From: a virus
Lineage: Duplodnaviria > Caudoviricetes
DNA length: 38,611 nt
Direction: 5' to 3' (one strand)
Virus record (IMG/VR): IMGVR_UViG_3300044513_002895
Location: 1 to 38,611 of that record
Notes under the pieces: generated by a model
What the model saw: the letters and a program-made list of their open reading frames with translations, nothing else
Database searches by the model: none
Told to the model about the DNA's origin: nothing
Part shown: positions 36,712 to 38,611 of the stretch, one piece after another
How positions within the stretch are numbered: the stretch's first letter is position 1
Layout: each line of letters opens with the position of its first letter
Position numbers and translations under genes: made by a program

Positions 36712-37577
36712 TATTTAATCCACTTGTTACGTCCTTTCATAATCTGAACTAAATCAAAGGGGTGTATGTTCATCATACGTATCTTCATATTCTTCATTGC
36801 AGCAAACGCTTCGTTTTTAAATCTTCTCACAATGTACTCTTGAACTCCGAACTTGTAGGCAACTATAGAGTGTGCTATGTACTTATACAAATAGTCTTCT
36901 GCCAACTTATTCACCTTTAACTCGTCTTCTGTCAGATATGAAACTCCGTCTGTAATGTATTCGATTATAACTACTTTTCCTTTTACCTCTGAACTAAATC
37001 TTATAACACCTAACTTCTTGTCTAGCGTGTACATTCCGTTTACATTGGCACGACCTGTGTTCATACCGAATCTGCCTCCTATGTACTCGTCTGTTAAATT
37101 GTCTTGACTTTCTGCGATATCTCTAGTCGATGCATTTTTCTCATTCAACTTTATATCCATAAAAGGCGTACCCTCTTGAGCCTCTCCGTCTGCGTTAAAT
37201 AATACATTATAGTCCTCGTCTTGCAAATATGCTTTTGCAATAGTAGTTGTGCTATCATACATCAATGGATGTAGGTTTCCATCCTCGTCAACCCAAGTTA
37301 ACCTAACTAGACTAATAAAATCCTTTGGAAGTGTTAGCTGCAAATCACCAGGCAATTCGAGCTCTAAAGACCTTACCTCTTTTAAGGCATCATAATGCAA
37401 TTCTTGCAAGCCTCTTTTTGCGTGGAAGATTACGTCATAACGCTTAACGTTAGTAAGTGCCTTGTCATCTCCTACATAAAAAGTGTAGAAGTTATTGATT
37501 ATATCTGCAAGCTTAACGTACTGACTGTCTCCCCAGTTAGCACTATCCGAATAATATTGTTGATCTGTTAGTGCCAT
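36711..37577 (-). CDS. Virion structural protein, putative tail ring/tubular protein (288 aa)
   Basis: DVIFHAKRGLQELHYD...LPKDFI...IIEYITDG...KLAEDYLYKYI...KGRNKWIK resembles crAss-like ring proteins; directly upstream of the stabilisation gene. Confidence 0.72.
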   Translation of the reverse strand: MALTDQQYYSDSANWGDSQYVKLADIINNFYTFYVGDDKALTNVKRYDVIFHAKRGLQELHYDALKEVRSLELELPGDLQLTLPKDFISLVRLTWVDEDGNLHPLMYDSTTTIAKAYLQDEDYNVLFNADGEAQEGTPFMDIKLNEKNASTRDIAESQDNLTDEYIGGRFGMNTGRANVNGMYTLDKKLGVIRFSSEVKGKVVIIEYITDGVSYLTEDELKVNKLAEDYLYKYIAHSIVAYKFGVQEYIVRRFKNEAFAAMKNMKIRMMNIHPFDLVQIMKGRNKWIK

Positions 37578-37580
37578 TTA

Positions 37581-38279
37581 TTACATGTTTTCTTTTTGCG
37601 TCTCCTGCTGATCAATACCTTGAGCAAGCTGAGTGATTTCTGTTTCACGTATAGTAACACCAGCTAGTTTTAAAATCTCCACAACAAGTTTAGGCTCATC
37701 TTCTGTAGCTAACTCAAAATCTTGATAGTCTAACGCAGATGCATTGAATACAGGTTGCTCAGAAGTACCAAAGTCTGACGAATATGTCCACTTAGGAGTT
37801 CTGAGTTTTCTTATGTATACAATATCCACTTCGCTTGTTATGGAATCTGGTTTTACAGTAATAAAGTCATCAATGTCTATAAATACTGGAAACGCTTCTG
37901 TTGGGGCAGTAAGGTTCGAGTTTATTAAATAAAGCTCTTTGCTTTTTTCCAGCTCTTCTACTTCTTTGTTGTCGTATCTTACGGATAGTAAATGATACAT
38001 GTCAATAGGCTTAGAGTATTTTTGATTTGCCTGAGCAACCGTAGTTTTCTTAACAAACTTTTCAATAGTTCTCCTAAGCATAGCCTCTTTATCACCATAA
38101 GATTCACCTCCACGTCTATTGTTAGTCATAGTGATAAGCCTATTATACTCACTAAAATATCTTGAAAACAAAGTCTCTTGTGCATGCTTTGCATACTGAT
38201 TAAATTGATCAGGGGTTAAGAAACCTCTGTTCTCTTTATTCAGTACTGTCAATACGGTTTGTCTTACGTGATTGATCAT
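37581..38279 (-). CDS. Virion structural protein, putative head-tail adaptor/ring protein (232 aa)
   Basis: Start moved to ATG 38279 (MINHVRQTVLTVLNKENRGFLTPDQFN); YIRK...PKW and ILKLAGVTIRE motifs. Confidence 0.72.
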   Translation of the reverse strand: MINHVRQTVLTVLNKENRGFLTPDQFNQYAKHAQETLFSRYFSEYNRLITMTNNRRGGESYGDKEAMLRRTIEKFVKKTTVAQANQKYSKPIDMYHLLSVRYDNKEVEELEKSKELYLINSNLTAPTEAFPVFIDIDDFITVKPDSITSEVDIVYIRKLRTPKWTYSSDFGTSEQPVFNASALDYQDFELATEDEPKLVVEILKLAGVTIRETEITQLAQGIDQQETQKENM

Positions 38280-38294
38280 TTTAAAATCTTTATA

Positions 38295-38303
38295 CAAAAA
38301 TAC
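38295..38303 (-). promoter_or_regulatory. Bacteroidota-type -7 promoter element (GTATTTTTG)
   Basis: TAnnTTTG 15 nt before ATG 38279, just after a terminator. Confidence 0.55.
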
Positions 38304-38304
38304 G

Positions 38305-38336
38305 AAAAAAGGGAAGGCACATTTTAGCACCTCCCC
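38305..38336 (-). terminator. Rho-independent terminator
   Basis: Minus strand GGGGAGGTGC-TAAAAT-GTGCCTTCCC-T6, with several G:U pairs. Confidence 0.65.
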
Positions 38337-38361
38337 TTATACTCGCAGATATTTATTATCG

Positions 38362-38610
38362 CTACAGCTTGTTCTGAATGCCTTGTAAGACATCGTTTCC
38401 TTCATCTGTTTTAAAGAATGATGCTAACGCTGAGTATGCATTTTCACCAAAGGGAACTGTAATGATTTTATCCTTAGTCTTATCGTTCCAGGTAACTGTT
38501 CTGTTATCATCTGAAATTTTTATAATACCAAACTCTTGAGCCCTAATAGCTAGGTTTCTTAGTTTTAAGTTCTCATCATTTGCTAAAGAAATAAACCCTT
38601 GTGGATTATT
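38362..38610 (-). CDS. 3' end of a probable virion-module protein, truncated by the window edge
   Basis: Open frame NNPQGFISLANDENLKLRNLAIRAQEFGIIKISDDNRTVTW...TVPFGENAYSALASFFKTDEGNDVLQGIQNKL-TAG. Confidence 0.8.
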   Translation of the reverse strand, partial: NNPQGFISLANDENLKLRNLAIRAQEFGIIKISDDNRTVTWNDKTKDKIITVPFGENAYSALASFFKTDEGNDVLQGIQNKL

Positions 38611-38611
38611 C

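Noticed and set aside
1861-37932. Other short ORFs nested in or antisense to the long genes (e.g. 1898, 2766, 6107, 11272, 14731, 16168, 18249, 36455, 37744)
   Set aside because: They lie within well-supported genes, have no recognisable motifs, and mostly run against the module orientation.
38280-38330. N-terminal 17 aa of ORF 37581..38330
   Set aside because: This stretch overlaps a terminator and a promoter motif; ATG 38279 is the likelier start.
1-38611. Diversity-generating retroelement, integrase, transposase, tRNA or rRNA
   Set aside because: No reverse transcriptase, recombinase/transposase motifs or structured RNA genes were recognised by eye. A tRNAscan/Infernal run would be needed to exclude small RNAs fully.

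Overview
This window looks like part of a tailed dsDNA phage genome, probably a Bacteroidota (Flavobacteriia)-infecting podovirus with a crAss-like structural block. Host and taxon are inferred from TAnnTTTG promoter motifs, A-rich Shine-Dalgarno-less starts and recalled protein families; no search was run. Two convergent modules meet at a hairpin terminator near 10.56 kb. The + strand (1-10453) holds recombination and replication genes: Sak/Rad52-like annealase, lambda-Exo-like nuclease, SSB-like protein, an unannotated ribbon-helix-helix gene, DnaA-C-like HTH, replication initiator, T7 gp4/Twinkle-like primase-helicase, metallophosphoesterase and two PD-(D/E)xK nucleases. The - strand (38611-10593) holds virion genes: ring proteins, tail stabilisation protein, fibre-like proteins, a GNAT-like protein, ejection proteins and a 2221-aa polyvalent protein. 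The most notable feature is a candidate self-contained virion protein O-glycosylation system. The tail stabilisation gene appears split in two. Its N-terminal half runs, via a one-base shift at a T11 run (32958-32968), into a mucin-like Thr/Ser/Pro-rich protein strung with Cys-bounded domains. After an Asp-box propeller protein come the C-terminal half and four tightly linked glycosyltransferase-like genes, the first resembling peptide O-glycosyltransferases. No rRNA, tRNA, CRISPR array, integrase or IS element was seen.
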